The translations under genes and the position numbers were made by a program. This document shows, piece after piece, positions 11,457 to 20,754 of a DNA stretch of 64,000 nucleotides (position 1 is its first letter; the number at the start of each line of letters is the position of its first letter). The stretch is from a bacterium (lineage in GTDB: Bacteria > Omnitrophota > Gorgyraeia > Zapsychrales > Zapsychraceae), in the NCBI GenBank assembly GCA_030429765.1, contig JAUIER010000013.1, forward strand, positions 8,759 to 72,758. Reading direction: 5' to 3'. The notes under the pieces were generated by a model. That model was not told where the DNA came from. It saw only the letters and a program-made list of their open reading frames with translations, and did not search any database.

Positions 11457-11846
11457 TCCGATCCTTTGTGGGTGTGATTGGTTTTTGTGCATTATAACAA
11501 AATTTTGTCCTCGAGCAAGCGTTTCGGTGCCGTATTTTCGTTGACAAAACTTATTATTTAAGTAAGATAATAAGACTTACCCAGCAGTAAATTTTTTAAC
11601 ACAAATCTTCCGAAAGGTTCACGTTGAACAGGTTATCATCACACTCGCACAATCATCGACGCAAGGCCGTTTTCTCGTCGAGAAACGCCTTTGGGGTGTT
11701 ATGCGCGGCCGCGATCGTCGCGTCGCTGACAGGCGTGTCAATGACAGGTCTTTTATGCGCCATGAGTGTGATCATGTGGGCCGTTATCAATGTGCCTAAA
11801 AAAGAGGCTGTGTTGGTCGTGAACCATACGTCACGTGGATGCAACT

Positions 11847-11872
11847 CGCGCTTAAGATCGCGCGGGTTTTTT
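11847..11872 (+). terminator. Terminator-like GC hairpin plus T6, 33 nt upstream of the tpx start
   Basis: CGCGC-ttaagatc-GCGCG stem-loop followed by TTTTTT. It could be an attenuator or the end of a leader/sRNA. Confidence 0.35.
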
Positions 11873-11904
11873 CAAATAATCGACTGTTTTGAAAGGAGTC
11901 AAAG

Positions 11905-12417
11905 ATGCCAGAAGTAACTGATGCGGTGACCATGAAGGGGAATGCCGTGACATTAATCGGAAATTCGGTGGAAGTCGGGTCCGACGCCCCGGATTGCACG
12001 CTGACAGCCAATGATTTGTCAGAATATAAACTGTCATCATTGAAGGGCAAGAAGGTTATTCTGTCGGTTGTTCCATCATTGGATACACCGATTTGTGATC
12101 TGCAAACCAAACGCTTCAACCAGGAAGCATCCGGATTGGGTGATGATGTTGTCGTGTTGACGATCAGCATGGATTTACCATTCGCCCAGAAACGCTGGTG
12201 CGGCGCGACAGGCAGCGGTCAGGTGGTGACATTGTCCGATCATCGAACAGCTGAGTTCGGTGAGGCCTATGGCCTGCTGGTCAAGGGATTGCGTTTGCTT
12301 GCCCGGGCCGTCTTTGTGGTCGATGCCAATGGAACCGTGCAGTACAAGCAATTGGTCCCGGAAATCACCAATGAGCCGAATTATGACGACGTCATCGCGG
12401 CCGTAAAGAACCTATAG
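11905..12417 (+). CDS. tpx: Thiol peroxidase (atypical 2-Cys peroxiredoxin)
   Basis: Tpx signature [21 protein letters not shown] and a GAAAGGAG RBS. Confidence 0.85.
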   Translation: MPEVTDAVTMKGNAVTLIGNSVEVGSDAPDCTLTANDLSEYKLSSLKGKKVILSVVPSLDTPICDLQTKRFNQEASGLGDDVVVLTISMDLPFAQKRWCGATGSGQVVTLSDHRTAEFGEAYGLLVKGLRLLARAVFVVDANGTVQYKQLVPEITNEPNYDDVIAAVKNL

Positions 12418-12479
12418 AACGACGCGACGCGTCATCAAACCGATATTACGAATCATCTAGCCAAGCAAAGGAGTTAAAC

Positions 12480-13100
12480 ATGGCTCACACATTACCTGAC
12501 CTACCATACGCGTTCGATGCACTGGAACCGCACATCGACGCGAAAACGATGGAAATCCATCACGGCAAACATCATGCCGGATATGTTGCGAAACTCAATG
12601 CCGCGATTGAAGGGACGGATCTGGCGTCCAAATCAATCGAGGACTTGATCAGTAACTTGTCGTCAGTGGATGAGGCCAAGCGCGGGGCCGTCCGTAACAA
12701 CGGAGGCGGTCATTACAATCACACGCTGTTCTGGCAAATCCTTTCACCAAAGGGCGGAGGCGAACCGTCGGGGGAACTCGCCGAGGCCATCAACGCCGCG
12801 TTCGGATCTTTCGCGGACTTCAAACAAAAATTCTCTGACGCAGCCGCCACACGCTTTGGCAGCGGTTGGGCCTGGCTTTGTGTCAAAGACGGCAAACTCT
12901 GTGTTTGCTCCACTCCTAATCAGGATAATCCGCTGATGGACATCGCGGAATGCCCTGGCACCCCCATCGCTGGACTTGATGTCTGGGAACACGCGTATTA
13001 TCTGAATTATCAGAATCGCCGACCCGATTATATAGCCGCATTTTTTAACGTCATCAACTGGGATAAAGTGGCGGAATTGTACGCCGCGGCCCGGGGCTAA
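12480..13100 (+). CDS. sod: Fe/Mn superoxide dismutase
   Basis: [28 protein letters not shown] and the C-terminal DVWEHAYY motif. Confidence 0.9.
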   Translation: MAHTLPDLPYAFDALEPHIDAKTMEIHHGKHHAGYVAKLNAAIEGTDLASKSIEDLISNLSSVDEAKRGAVRNNGGGHYNHTLFWQILSPKGGGEPSGELAEAINAAFGSFADFKQKFSDAAATRFGSGWAWLCVKDGKLCVCSTPNQDNPLMDIAECPGTPIAGLDVWEHAYYLNYQNRRPDYIAAFFNVINWDKVAELYAAARG

Positions 13101-13132
13101 ACCGGTCCTAAATCCCTGAAAATACACACCGT

Positions 13133-13183
13133 CCCGGGAAGAATGCCGATTTTTCCCGGGGCGGGAATATTTTGATTTTTTGT
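13133..13183 (+). terminator. Probable rho-independent terminator after sod
   Basis: 8-bp stem CCCGGGAA/TTCCCGGG followed by T-rich runs. Confidence 0.45.
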
Positions 13184-13225
13184 CGCAAAAAAGTCGAAAT
13201 TTCGCTTGATTTCTGTTTAAATCGG

Positions 13226-13276
13226 AATACTATATATTGTATTGCTAGCGTCCATTTTCTCCACATATAGTGTTAT
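13226..13276. promoter_or_regulatory. Two candidate NrdR boxes upstream of nrdA
   Basis: Two AT-rich 16-bp partial palindromes (ATACTATATATTGTAT and CACATATAGTGTTATT) about three helical turns apart. They resemble the NrdR-box consensus acaCwAtATaTwGtgt. Confidence 0.4.
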
Positions 13277-13397
13277 TGAGCCAAAATCAGTAACCAATTG
13301 ATTTCAGACAATTTATAAAAAATTTGCCTGCCAAAACCGCAAATTTTTCATAGATTTGAGCAAATTTTTAACATTCAAAACGATAAAGGAGTCCTGA

Positions 13398-16300
13398 ATG
13401 TCCCATGAAACTTCAACAAGTTTGGAGATGAAAGTTTACAAACGAAATGGACAGGTGGTGGCCTTCAATGAAGCCCGCATCCAGAGCGCGATTGGCAATG
13501 CATTAAAAGAGCAGAAGAAGCTGCCGCGCGAGGCCGAGTTGTCCATTGTTGATGCCCACAACGCCAAGCACATCACGGATTGTGTGTTGTCGGTGCTGAC
13601 CGAGCGATGGTTGGAGAACGGTCAGTTAACGGTTGAAGAGATTCAGGACGAGGTGATCCGTCAGCTGTACGAGAACGGATTCAAGGAAGCGGCCGAACTG
13701 TACGCGAATTACCGCAAGCAGCATGCCGCGCGCCGGACATTATTTGAGTTGTATACGACGACCAAGCGCAACGGCAAGGTCGTATCATTCAAACCGGAAA
13801 AGATCACCATGGCCGTGTCGATGGCGTTTCGCGCGCACAATCACGGCATCCTTTCCCAGGACGTGCTTCAGCACGCCAAGAAGATTTCCGATATTGTCAT
13901 CAAAGAGATCCTCGAGAAGTGGCCGGAAGGCAAATGTGTGCATATCGAAGAGATCCAGGACATGGTCGAGAAAAACCTGATGACATCAGGTTTTCATGAA
14001 GTCGCCCGCAGTTATATCATCTACCGCGAGAAACGCAGCAAGGCCCGCCGCGCGCAGATCCTCGAAAAGACCGCGACCGAAACATTTGAATGGGCCAAGC
14101 ATCTCAAGTACAAGACCAACTCAGGCGAAGAAAAGCCGTTAAATCTCGAGGAGATCCGCTTTCAGATCGACACCTGCTGTCAGGGACTGGAAAATGTCGA
14201 GACCGACAAGATCCTCGAAGAGTCGCTCAAAAACTATTACAACGGCATCACCGAGGCCAAGATGGAGGCATCCAACATCATGGCCGCCAAATCCTTCCTC
14301 GAGCGCGAGCCGAATTACACCTACGCGGCATCGCGACTGTTACTCTTGAAACAATATCGTGAGGCCCTGAACCGGCCGGTGAGCTTTGAAGAGATCAAGA
14401 CCGAGTACTCAACCTATTTTGCCCGTTACATTCACCGGGCGGTGGATCTGGAATTATTGACACCGGATCTGCTTCAGTTTGATCTCAAGAAGCTTGGCGC
14501 GGCGATTCAGCCCAAACGTGATTTCAAGTTCCGTTATCTGGGATTGCAGACGCTGTATGACCGTTACTTTATCCACTGGGAAGAGGTTCGTCTAGAGCTT
14601 CCGCAGATCTTCTGGATGCGTGTGGCCATGGGCTTGGCGCAACGCGAAGGCGCCCGGAAGAACGAGCGCGCGATCGAGTTTTATAACATGCTATCAACCT
14701 TCCGATTTATGTCCTCGACGCCGACCTTGTTCAACGCCGGAACCCGCCATCCGCAATTGTCTTCGTGCTATCTGACCACCATCAATGACGATTTACAGCA
14801 CATCTTCAAGTGTATTCAGGACGACGCGATGCTGTCTAAATGGAGCGGCGGTCTGGGCAATGACTGGACCAATGTCCGTTCGATGGGATCGCGCATCAAG
14901 GGCACCAACGGCAAGAGCCAGGGGGTCATTCCATTCTTGAAGGTCGCCAATGATACGGCCCTCGCCGTCAATCAAGGTGGAAAACGTAAAGGCGCGATGT
15001 GTGCCTACCTTGAGGTATGGCATATGGATATCGAAGACTTTCTGGAGCTGTGGAAGAACACCGGTGATGATCGTCGGCGAACGCATGACATGCACACCGC
15101 CAGCTGGATCCCGGATCTGTTCATGAAGCGTCTTAAAGAAAACGGTAACTGGACGCTGTTCAGTCCCAACGAAGTGCCGGACCTGCATCACATTTACGGG
15201 CAGGAATTTGAACGCCGTTATGAAGAGTACGAGCGCCGGGCGCAGGCAGGCAAGATGAAGCAGTTCAAGACCATGCCGGCCGTGGATCTGTGGCGCAAAA
15301 TGCTCAACATGCTATTCGAAACAGGCCATCCATGGATCACCTGGAAGGACCCATCCAACGTGCGGTCACCTCAGAGTCATGTGGGAACAGTTCATAGCTC
15401 AAATCTGTGTACCGAAATTTTGCTGAACACGTCGTCAGAAGAGACAGCTGTATGTAACCTCGGATCAGTAAACCTGGCCGAGCACGTGTCGCTGGACGGC
15501 GGGATCAATCATCGCAAGCTGAAGTCCACGGTGCGAACGGCGGTCCGTATGCTGGATAATGTGATCGACATCAATTATTACCCGACATCCGAGGCCAAGC
15601 GCGCCAATCAGCGTCACCGCCCGATCGGGTTGGGGATTATGGGCTTCCAGGACGCGCTGTACATCCAGAACTGGAGCTATGCCTCGCGCGAAGCAGTGGA
15701 ATTTGCCGACGCGAGCATGGAGGCGGTATCCTACTATGCCATTCTGGCCTCGATCGAACTGGCCGCGGAAAAGGGCATTTACTCCTCGTACCGCGGGTCC
15801 AAATGGGATCAAGGGCTGCTGCCGATTGACACGCTGGCGCTATTGGAAAAAGAGCGCGGCGGTTATGTCAATATCGATCCCAAGACACGCATGGATTGGG
15901 ACGTCGTTCGCGGCGAACTCAAAAAGAAAGGCATCCGCAACAGTCTGGTGATGGCCATCGCCCCGACAGCGACCATCGGGAACATCGTCGGTGTCACGGC
16001 CTCCATCGAGCCGTTGTACAAGAATATCTTTGTGAAGAGTAATCTGTCCGGTGAGTTTACCGTGCTCAACGAATTTCTCGTCAATGACCTCAAGGCAGCC
16101 GGCCTGTGGGATCGGGAGATGATCGACGACTTGAAATACTTCGATGGAAGTATTCAGGAGATCGAGCGAATCCCCGAAGACCTCAAGCGCAAATACGCGA
16201 CGGCCTTTGAGATCGATTACGAATGGATCGTTGAATCCGCGGCCCGTCGTCAGAAGTGGATTGATATGGGACAATCACTCAATCTCTATCAGGCCAAACC

Positions 16301-16538
16301 CAGCGGCAAGAAGGTCAGCGATATGTATATGATGGCGTGGGAAAAAGGACTTAAGACCACGTATTACTTGAGGTCGATGGGCGCGACACGCATCGAGAAG
16401 AGCACGGTCGATGTCACACGCTACAACAACACCGTCGGACAACGCGAACGTGATGAATTCGGAAGAGTCACCGGCGCCGACGATCCCGACACAGCCCTAA
16501 GCATCGAGCCCAGCGAAGACTGCGAGGCTTGTCAGTAA
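13398..16538 (+). CDS. nrdA: Ribonucleoside-diphosphate reductase class Ia alpha subunit with N-terminal ATP-cone domains
   Basis: 1046 aa with repeated ATP-cone N-terminal segments, catalytic-core motifs (NLCTEI, SSCYL), and a C-terminal redox cysteine pair (CEAC). Confidence 0.9.
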   Translation: MSHETSTSLEMKVYKRNGQVVAFNEARIQSAIGNALKEQKKLPREAELSIVDAHNAKHITDCVLSVLTERWLENGQLTVEEIQDEVIRQLYENGFKEAAELYANYRKQHAARRTLFELYTTTKRNGKVVSFKPEKITMAVSMAFRAHNHGILSQDVLQHAKKISDIVIKEILEKWPEGKCVHIEEIQDMVEKNLMTSGFHEVARSYIIYREKRSKARRAQILEKTATETFEWAKHLKYKTNSGEEKPLNLEEIRFQIDTCCQGLENVETDKILEESLKNYYNGITEAKMEASNIMAAKSFLEREPNYTYAASRLLLLKQYREALNRPVSFEEIKTEYSTYFARYIHRAVDLELLTPDLLQFDLKKLGAAIQPKRDFKFRYLGLQTLYDRYFIHWEEVRLELPQIFWMRVAMGLAQREGARKNERAIEFYNMLSTFRFMSSTPTLFNAGTRHPQLSSCYLTTINDDLQHIFKCIQDDAMLSKWSGGLGNDWTNVRSMGSRIKGTNGKSQGVIPFLKVANDTALAVNQGGKRKGAMCAYLEVWHMDIEDFLELWKNTGDDRRRTHDMHTASWIPDLFMKRLKENGNWTLFSPNEVPDLHHIYGQEFERRYEEYERRAQAGKMKQFKTMPAVDLWRKMLNMLFETGHPWITWKDPSNVRSPQSHVGTVHSSNLCTEILLNTSSEETAVCNLGSVNLAEHVSLDGGINHRKLKSTVRTAVRMLDNVIDINYYPTSEAKRANQRHRPIGLGIMGFQDALYIQNWSYASREAVEFADASMEAVSYYAILASIELAAEKGIYSSYRGSKWDQGLLPIDTLALLEKERGGYVNIDPKTRMDWDVVRGELKKKGIRNSLVMAIAPTATIGNIVGVTASIEPLYKNIFVKSNLSGEFTVLNEFLVNDLKAAGLWDREMIDDLKYFDGSIQEIERIPEDLKRKYATAFEIDYEWIVESAARRQKWIDMGQSLNLYQAKPSGKKVSDMYMMAWEKGLKTTYYLRSMGATRIEKSTVDVTRYNNTVGQRERDEFGRVTGADDPDTALSIEPSEDCEACQ

Positions 16539-16876
16539 GGCGACACAAACCGTGTCGCCACCAGCGACACGAAGTGTCGCTGTGAGTGTTTCCGAAAGAG
16601 ATACGAAGTATCTCGAAAGGAAACACGGCAATATTACGAGATAGACGAAGTCTAAGAAGCTAGGCGACACAAACCGTGTCGCCACCAGTGCATCCCAGAA
16701 GGATGCACGTAAAAATAAGCATCCAAAGGATGTCGCCACCAGCGACACGAAGTGTCGCGTCGAGAGTTTTCGAAAGCGATATGAAATATCGTTAAAGAAT
16801 ACATGTAGCAAAGTCGCTCATACGAGTCCGACATGGTTTGTGTCGGACGAGGCGATTCAACCAGCGGCTGAATCGT
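16539..16876 (+). repeat. Dense array of at least 10 hairpins with duplicated units in the nrdA-nrdB spacer
   Basis: GGCGACAC-aaacc-GTGTCGCC appears twice (16539-16559 and 16663-16683). GCGACAC-gaa-GTGTCGC appears twice (16564-16580 and 16742-16758). There is a nested element GTGTTTCc-GAAAG-[GAGATAC-gaa-GTATCTC]-GAAAG-GAAACAC (16586-16626) with a degenerate copy at 16764-16800. Further hairpins are GTGCATCC-cagaa-GGATGCAC, GCATCC-aaa-GGATGt, GTCCGACA-tggtttg-TGTCGGAC and CGATTCA-N9-TGAATCG. The linker CCACCAGyG recurs three times. Confidence 0.6.
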
Positions 16877-16942
16877 CTACTTACCCGCCATGAGGTTAGG
16901 TAAAGTTTTCGGAATTAATTGTTCATCCCCAAGGAGTCGATC

Positions 16943-17989
16943 ATGTCAGAACCATGCATGAAAATGTCAAAACAGCGGGTCACCGCGGACGACAAAAAGA
17001 TCATTAACAACGACCGCACCGTCGACTGTAACCAGCTCGTGCCGATCAAGTACAAATGGGCCTGGAATTTTTATCTAGACGGCTGCGCCAATCACTGGAT
17101 GCCGCAGGAAGTCTCGATGCAGCGCGATATCGAGCAGTGGAAGAATCCCGACGGGTTCACCGATGCCGAGCGTCACGTGATCAAACGTACATTCGGTTTT
17201 TTTGCCACGGCCGAAACGCTGGTCGGCAACAACCTGGTGCTGGCGGTCTACAAGATCATCGACAACCCTGAAGCGCGTCAGTATCTGCTGCGTCAGGCCT
17301 TCGAGGAAGCGATTCATGTGCATGCGTTTCAGTACATCGTGCAGTCGCTGTCGCTGGATGAAGGGGAGATGTTCAATATGTACCGCGAGGTCGAGGCGAT
17401 CTACAATAAGGACGAGTACGCGATGAGCTGCACCGACGGGATCCTTGATCCGGACCTGGACACACGCAGCACCGAAGGTCTGCAGAAGTTTATCAAGAAC
17501 CTCGTGGGATTCTACGGGATCACCGAAGGGATCTTTTTCTACAGCGGGTTTGTAACGATGTTATCATTCGGACGACAGAACCGTCTGCCGGGGACATGCG
17601 AGCAGATCCAGTATATCCTGCGGGACGAAAGCATTCACATGAACTTCGGTCTGCAATTGATCAACGCGATCATCGACGAGAATCCGCAGGTCTGGACACA
17701 GGCGTTCAAGGATGAGATCGTTGAGTTTATCCGTAACGCCGTCGAGCTTGAGCACAAATACGCCGAAGAGTGTCTGCCGGACGGGATTCTGGGTCTGAAT
17801 ACAGATCTGCTCAAAGAATACATTCAGTACATCGCCGACCGCCGTTTCGAACGGCTTCGTCTGCCCAAACAATACGGCTCCGACAATCCATTCCCGTGGA
17901 TGAGCGAGATCATCGATCTCAAGAAAGAGAAGAACTTCTTCGAGACAAGGGTGACGGAGTATCAGACAGGTGGCGCGTTGGAGTGGTAA
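16943..17989 (+). CDS. nrdB: Ribonucleoside-diphosphate reductase beta subunit (di-iron/tyrosyl radical)
   Basis: R2 ferritin-like motifs (FFATAETLV, EEAIHVHAF, DESIHMNFG) and an AAGGAG RBS before the ATG at 16943. Confidence 0.9.
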   Translation: MSEPCMKMSKQRVTADDKKIINNDRTVDCNQLVPIKYKWAWNFYLDGCANHWMPQEVSMQRDIEQWKNPDGFTDAERHVIKRTFGFFATAETLVGNNLVLAVYKIIDNPEARQYLLRQAFEEAIHVHAFQYIVQSLSLDEGEMFNMYREVEAIYNKDEYAMSCTDGILDPDLDTRSTEGLQKFIKNLVGFYGITEGIFFYSGFVTMLSFGRQNRLPGTCEQIQYILRDESIHMNFGLQLINAIIDENPQVWTQAFKDEIVEFIRNAVELEHKYAEECLPDGILGLNTDLLKEYIQYIADRRFERLRLPKQYGSDNPFPWMSEIIDLKKEKNFFETRVTEYQTGGALEW

Positions 17990-18056
17990 AGAGTTAGTTT
18001 GTTTTTAGTGATTCGAGTTTCGAAGTAAATAGATAAAATGGAAACAGTTTTTAAAA

Positions 18057-18086
18057 GCCTCCGTGTCGATCGCGGAGGCTTTTTTC
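18057..18086 (+). terminator. Rho-independent terminator ending the nrdAB operon
   Basis: GCCTCCG-tgtcgatcg-CGGAGGC stem followed by TTTTTT. Confidence 0.7.
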
Positions 18087-18101
18087 CATGAGGAATCCAA
18101 C

Positions 18102-19160
18102 ATGATGTGTAAAAATTGTGGTTCGCAAAATGATACAAATAACAACCGGTGTGGTAATTGTGGAGAATCATTATCTTCTGATTCGAGAATTGATATTGAA
18201 AGAAAATTGGAAAGATTGCAGGATTTAGGTGATAGTATTGACAAGAGGATAAAATTTTTTGACAAGAACAAGGAACTTATAGAATTAAATATTGATGAAA
18301 GTTTTCGATCAATATTTAAGAAAAAGTATATAAATATAATTGGCCTTATTACTTTCATGTTCACAATTGGTGTCGTGATATTAACAATGTTTGGCTGGAA
18401 TAACTTTAAAAGTTGGTTAAGACTAGAGTCACAAGAATATATTAGACAGTTTGGTCGGGACGAAGTAGAAAAGCAGTTTGAAAGCAAAAATATTCGTGCT
18501 TTGGTAATTGAAGTCGCGGAAGATAAAATAACAAATGAGCTTAGTCCTTCGTTTGAAGATGTAAAAGGGCAGTTAGACGAGAAAGTAAAAGATTTTGACT
18601 TTGATATTAGGGAAGAATTAAGAACTACAAAGAATGATATCAGTAATCAGATTAGAATACTTAAAGAACGTAATGAAGTGGAGGCTTTAGTAGATTTAGC
18701 AATTGTTGAAGGTGACAGAGATGCTTATAATAAAATTAGTAAAGAGATAGAAAGATATTCGGATCACGCAGGTAGTACTACAAATTTCAAAAAGGTACGG
18801 CTTTATGGTTCTGCACTGACTAGAATAAAGTCATTTTATACGTCCGGGCATAGAAGACCTTACTTTAATTTAAATTTTGATCCAAATAGTATTACCGTAA
18901 AAGAATTACTGAAAATTGCTGGTAATGATACTGATTGGGTTAACAGAAGTGCTTCAGTCTATACCCTGGGATTTAAAAAAAATGAGGAAGTTGTTGAAAC
19001 TTTAATAAACGTTTGCAAGAAGGATGCTCGTCTGGATGTTGTTGAGGAGTCCATGACTTCACTGATGAGTTTACTTCAGGTGCAAATGGATGTGTTTGAT
19101 TGTGGCTGGGCTGAGTCATATTGGAGGTTAAATAGGGCGAAGGTTATCGAAAAATGGTAG
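18102..19160 (+). CDS. Hypothetical membrane protein: N-terminal Zn-ribbon (CxxC-X11-CxxC), one TM helix, long coiled-coil region, C-terminal HEAT/PBS-lyase-like repeats
   Basis: Strongly AT-rich gene unlike its flanks. N-terminus MMCKNCGSQNDTNNNRCGNCGE, a TM segment IIGLITFMFTIGVVILTMFGW, a charged coiled-coil, and a C-terminal DTDWVNRSASVYTLG...DARLDVVEESMTSL repeat. The start in the ORF track at 18063 lies inside the nrdB terminator, so the ATG at 18102 with a GAGGA RBS is preferred. Confidence 0.5.
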   Translation: MMCKNCGSQNDTNNNRCGNCGESLSSDSRIDIERKLERLQDLGDSIDKRIKFFDKNKELIELNIDESFRSIFKKKYINIIGLITFMFTIGVVILTMFGWNNFKSWLRLESQEYIRQFGRDEVEKQFESKNIRALVIEVAEDKITNELSPSFEDVKGQLDEKVKDFDFDIREELRTTKNDISNQIRILKERNEVEALVDLAIVEGDRDAYNKISKEIERYSDHAGSTTNFKKVRLYGSALTRIKSFYTSGHRRPYFNLNFDPNSITVKELLKIAGNDTDWVNRSASVYTLGFKKNEEVVETLINVCKKDARLDVVEESMTSLMSLLQVQMDVFDCGWAESYWRLNRAKVIEKW

Positions 19161-19663
19161 TTTTTACTGTCAGAATTATCGATATACTACTCATACAATG
19201 GGCTAAATTAATATGTTTGATTTATTTTCTAGCTCTATGTTTGGCTTTTTCTTCTCTGGCTCACGCCGATGTCAAAGAAGCCGAGCAGTTTTTTCTGAAG
19301 TACCAAGAGTTGTGGAATTCATTCGACATCGAAGCTGCTGATCTATATACGGATAATACTAAATTTTTGGGAAAACGTGTCTATCCTAACGGTGTTGTTC
19401 GATCTATAGATTTGCCAGCTCCGTATCTAAAGGACTTAATTCGAAACACGATGCCCCTGGCACGATTGAAAAATGATAGGACGGAGTATAGTAATGTAAA
19501 GTACGAGATTACAGAGTTAGGTGTCAAAATTTCTGCCGATCGCTATTCGACGATGAAATGCTTTACTGATCCAACATTCTATATCATTATCAAAAAAATT
19601 GATGGAGAGTACAAAATCGTCGAGTCATATGGAACGTCGCAACCGCAGTCGAATTGTCAGTAA
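19154..19663 (+). CDS. Hypothetical secreted protein, NTF2/SnoaL-like fold suspected
   Basis: Second AT-rich gene of the islet. It has a hydrophobic N-terminal signal ending AHA and a roughly 130-aa mature domain. The ATG overlaps the previous stop (ATGGTAG). Confidence 0.45.
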   Translation: MVVFTVRIIDILLIQWAKLICLIYFLALCLAFSSLAHADVKEAEQFFLKYQELWNSFDIEAADLYTDNTKFLGKRVYPNGVVRSIDLPAPYLKDLIRNTMPLARLKNDRTEYSNVKYEITELGVKISADRYSTMKCFTDPTFYIIIKKIDGEYKIVESYGTSQPQSNCQ

Positions 19664-19706
19664 CTGTAATCATTTCTTACAGGAACAGATCTGGTAAAAG
19701 TACAGC

Positions 19707-19871
19707 ATGCGAATCATTATTTATACTTTGCTAGCTATCTTAGCCTTCGTCGTGCTGATCACAGAATTATGGCACTACGATCCAGCAGAACCGGAGATAG
19801 GCGATAGTTATTCATCCGGCTACACCAATGTGATCAAACGGATGGCTCCGCTTGAGGACGAGGGATATTAG
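19707..19871 (+). CDS. Possible 54-aa single-TM micro-protein (missing from the ORF track because of its length)
   Basis: ATG at 19707, then MRIIIYTLLAILAFVVLITELW followed by an acidic tail. No homolog recognised. Confidence 0.25.
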   Translation: MRIIIYTLLAILAFVVLITELWHYDPAEPEIGDSYSSGYTNVIKRMAPLEDEGY

Positions 19872-19881
19872 AGGGCTCAAT

Positions 19882-20754
19882 GTGAAACGCCGCACGCGTA
19901 TTGTTATTTATGTAGGCATAGTACTGATGGTTTATGTCGGCCTGTTGCTGACCAATGTGATACCGTCGATGCTGTGGCGGGGGATTCGCGGGCCTCGGGG
20001 CGACGAACGGCGGATCGTGACGGTCCGGATCGAGTCGGACTATCAGCGTACACCTACCCGGATCAGGATTCTTGCCCCCAAGAATATGGAAGCAGGCCGG
20101 CGTTATCCGGTGTTGTATCTGTTGCCCTCAGTACCGCAGATCCTCGACCCGTGGTGGAACAGTCCGTTGATCGAGATCATCCGCTTCGATGTCGCCGATC
20201 GGCATCAGGTGATCTGTGTCGCGCCGACATACAGCGATATGCCGTGGTACGCCGATCATCCCACCGATCCCAAGATTCGTCAGGAAAGCTATCTGATCAA
20301 GGAGATTATTCCGTATATCGATGCCAATTATCCAACCATGGCCGAAGGGCGGGGGCGGTATCTGCTTGGGTACAGTAAATCCGGAACGGGCGCGTTCACT
20401 CTATTATTGCGGCATCCCGATCTGTTTTATCGGGCGCTCTCATGGGATGCCCCGATGTTCTTTCCGTTCAAGGAAATCCCCGGCTCTCAGCTCACCAAGA
20501 TCTACGGCACGCCGGAAAACTTCCGGCACTATCAATTACCCATCCTGTTCCGCCGGCGTTCTGCCGACTTTACAGGACCCGACCCGCGATTTATACTAAT
20601 GGGGTTCAGCGAGAATCCGATGGCGATCCATCGCGTGCACGAATACATGAACGCGTACAACATCACCCATAAATACGACAACACCACGCAAACCCGTCAC
20701 AACTGGCACAGCGGCTGGTTTGAGCGGGCGATCGGGCACTTATTTGACGAATGA
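19882..20754 (+). CDS. Putative esterase (alpha/beta hydrolase, esterase-D/enterochelin esterase-like), membrane-anchored or secreted
   Basis: PF00756-like pattern (YPVLYLLP ... RYLLGYSKSGTGAF ... SWDAPMF) and an N-terminal hydrophobic segment. The start is uncertain; the track ORF begins at a TTG at 19852. Confidence 0.55.
   Translation: MKRRTRIVIYVGIVLMVYVGLLLTNVIPSMLWRGIRGPRGDERRIVTVRIESDYQRTPTRIRILAPKNMEAGRRYPVLYLLPSVPQILDPWWNSPLIEIIRFDVADRHQVICVAPTYSDMPWYADHPTDPKIRQESYLIKEIIPYIDANYPTMAEGRGRYLLGYSKSGTGAFTLLLRHPDLFYRALSWDAPMFFPFKEIPGSQLTKIYGTPENFRHYQLPILFRRRSADFTGPDPRFILMGFSENPMAIHRVHEYMNAYNITHKYDNTTQTRHNWHSGWFERAIGHLFDE

Noticed and set aside
11624-11917. 97-aa plus-strand ORF spanning the tpx upstream region
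   Set aside because: Runs through the terminator-like hairpin and the tpx RBS into the tpx start. It has no RBS of its own and reads as a frame artefact in an untranslated leader.
16539-16876. Possible CRISPR array in the nrdA-nrdB spacer
   Set aside because: The repeats are palindromic hairpins of different kinds at irregular spacing, not a single direct repeat alternating with unique spacers. No cas genes are nearby.
18063-18101. Track ORF start of the islet gene at 18063
   Set aside because: It would begin inside the nrdB terminator stem. The ATG at 18102 with a GAGGA RBS is a far more plausible start.
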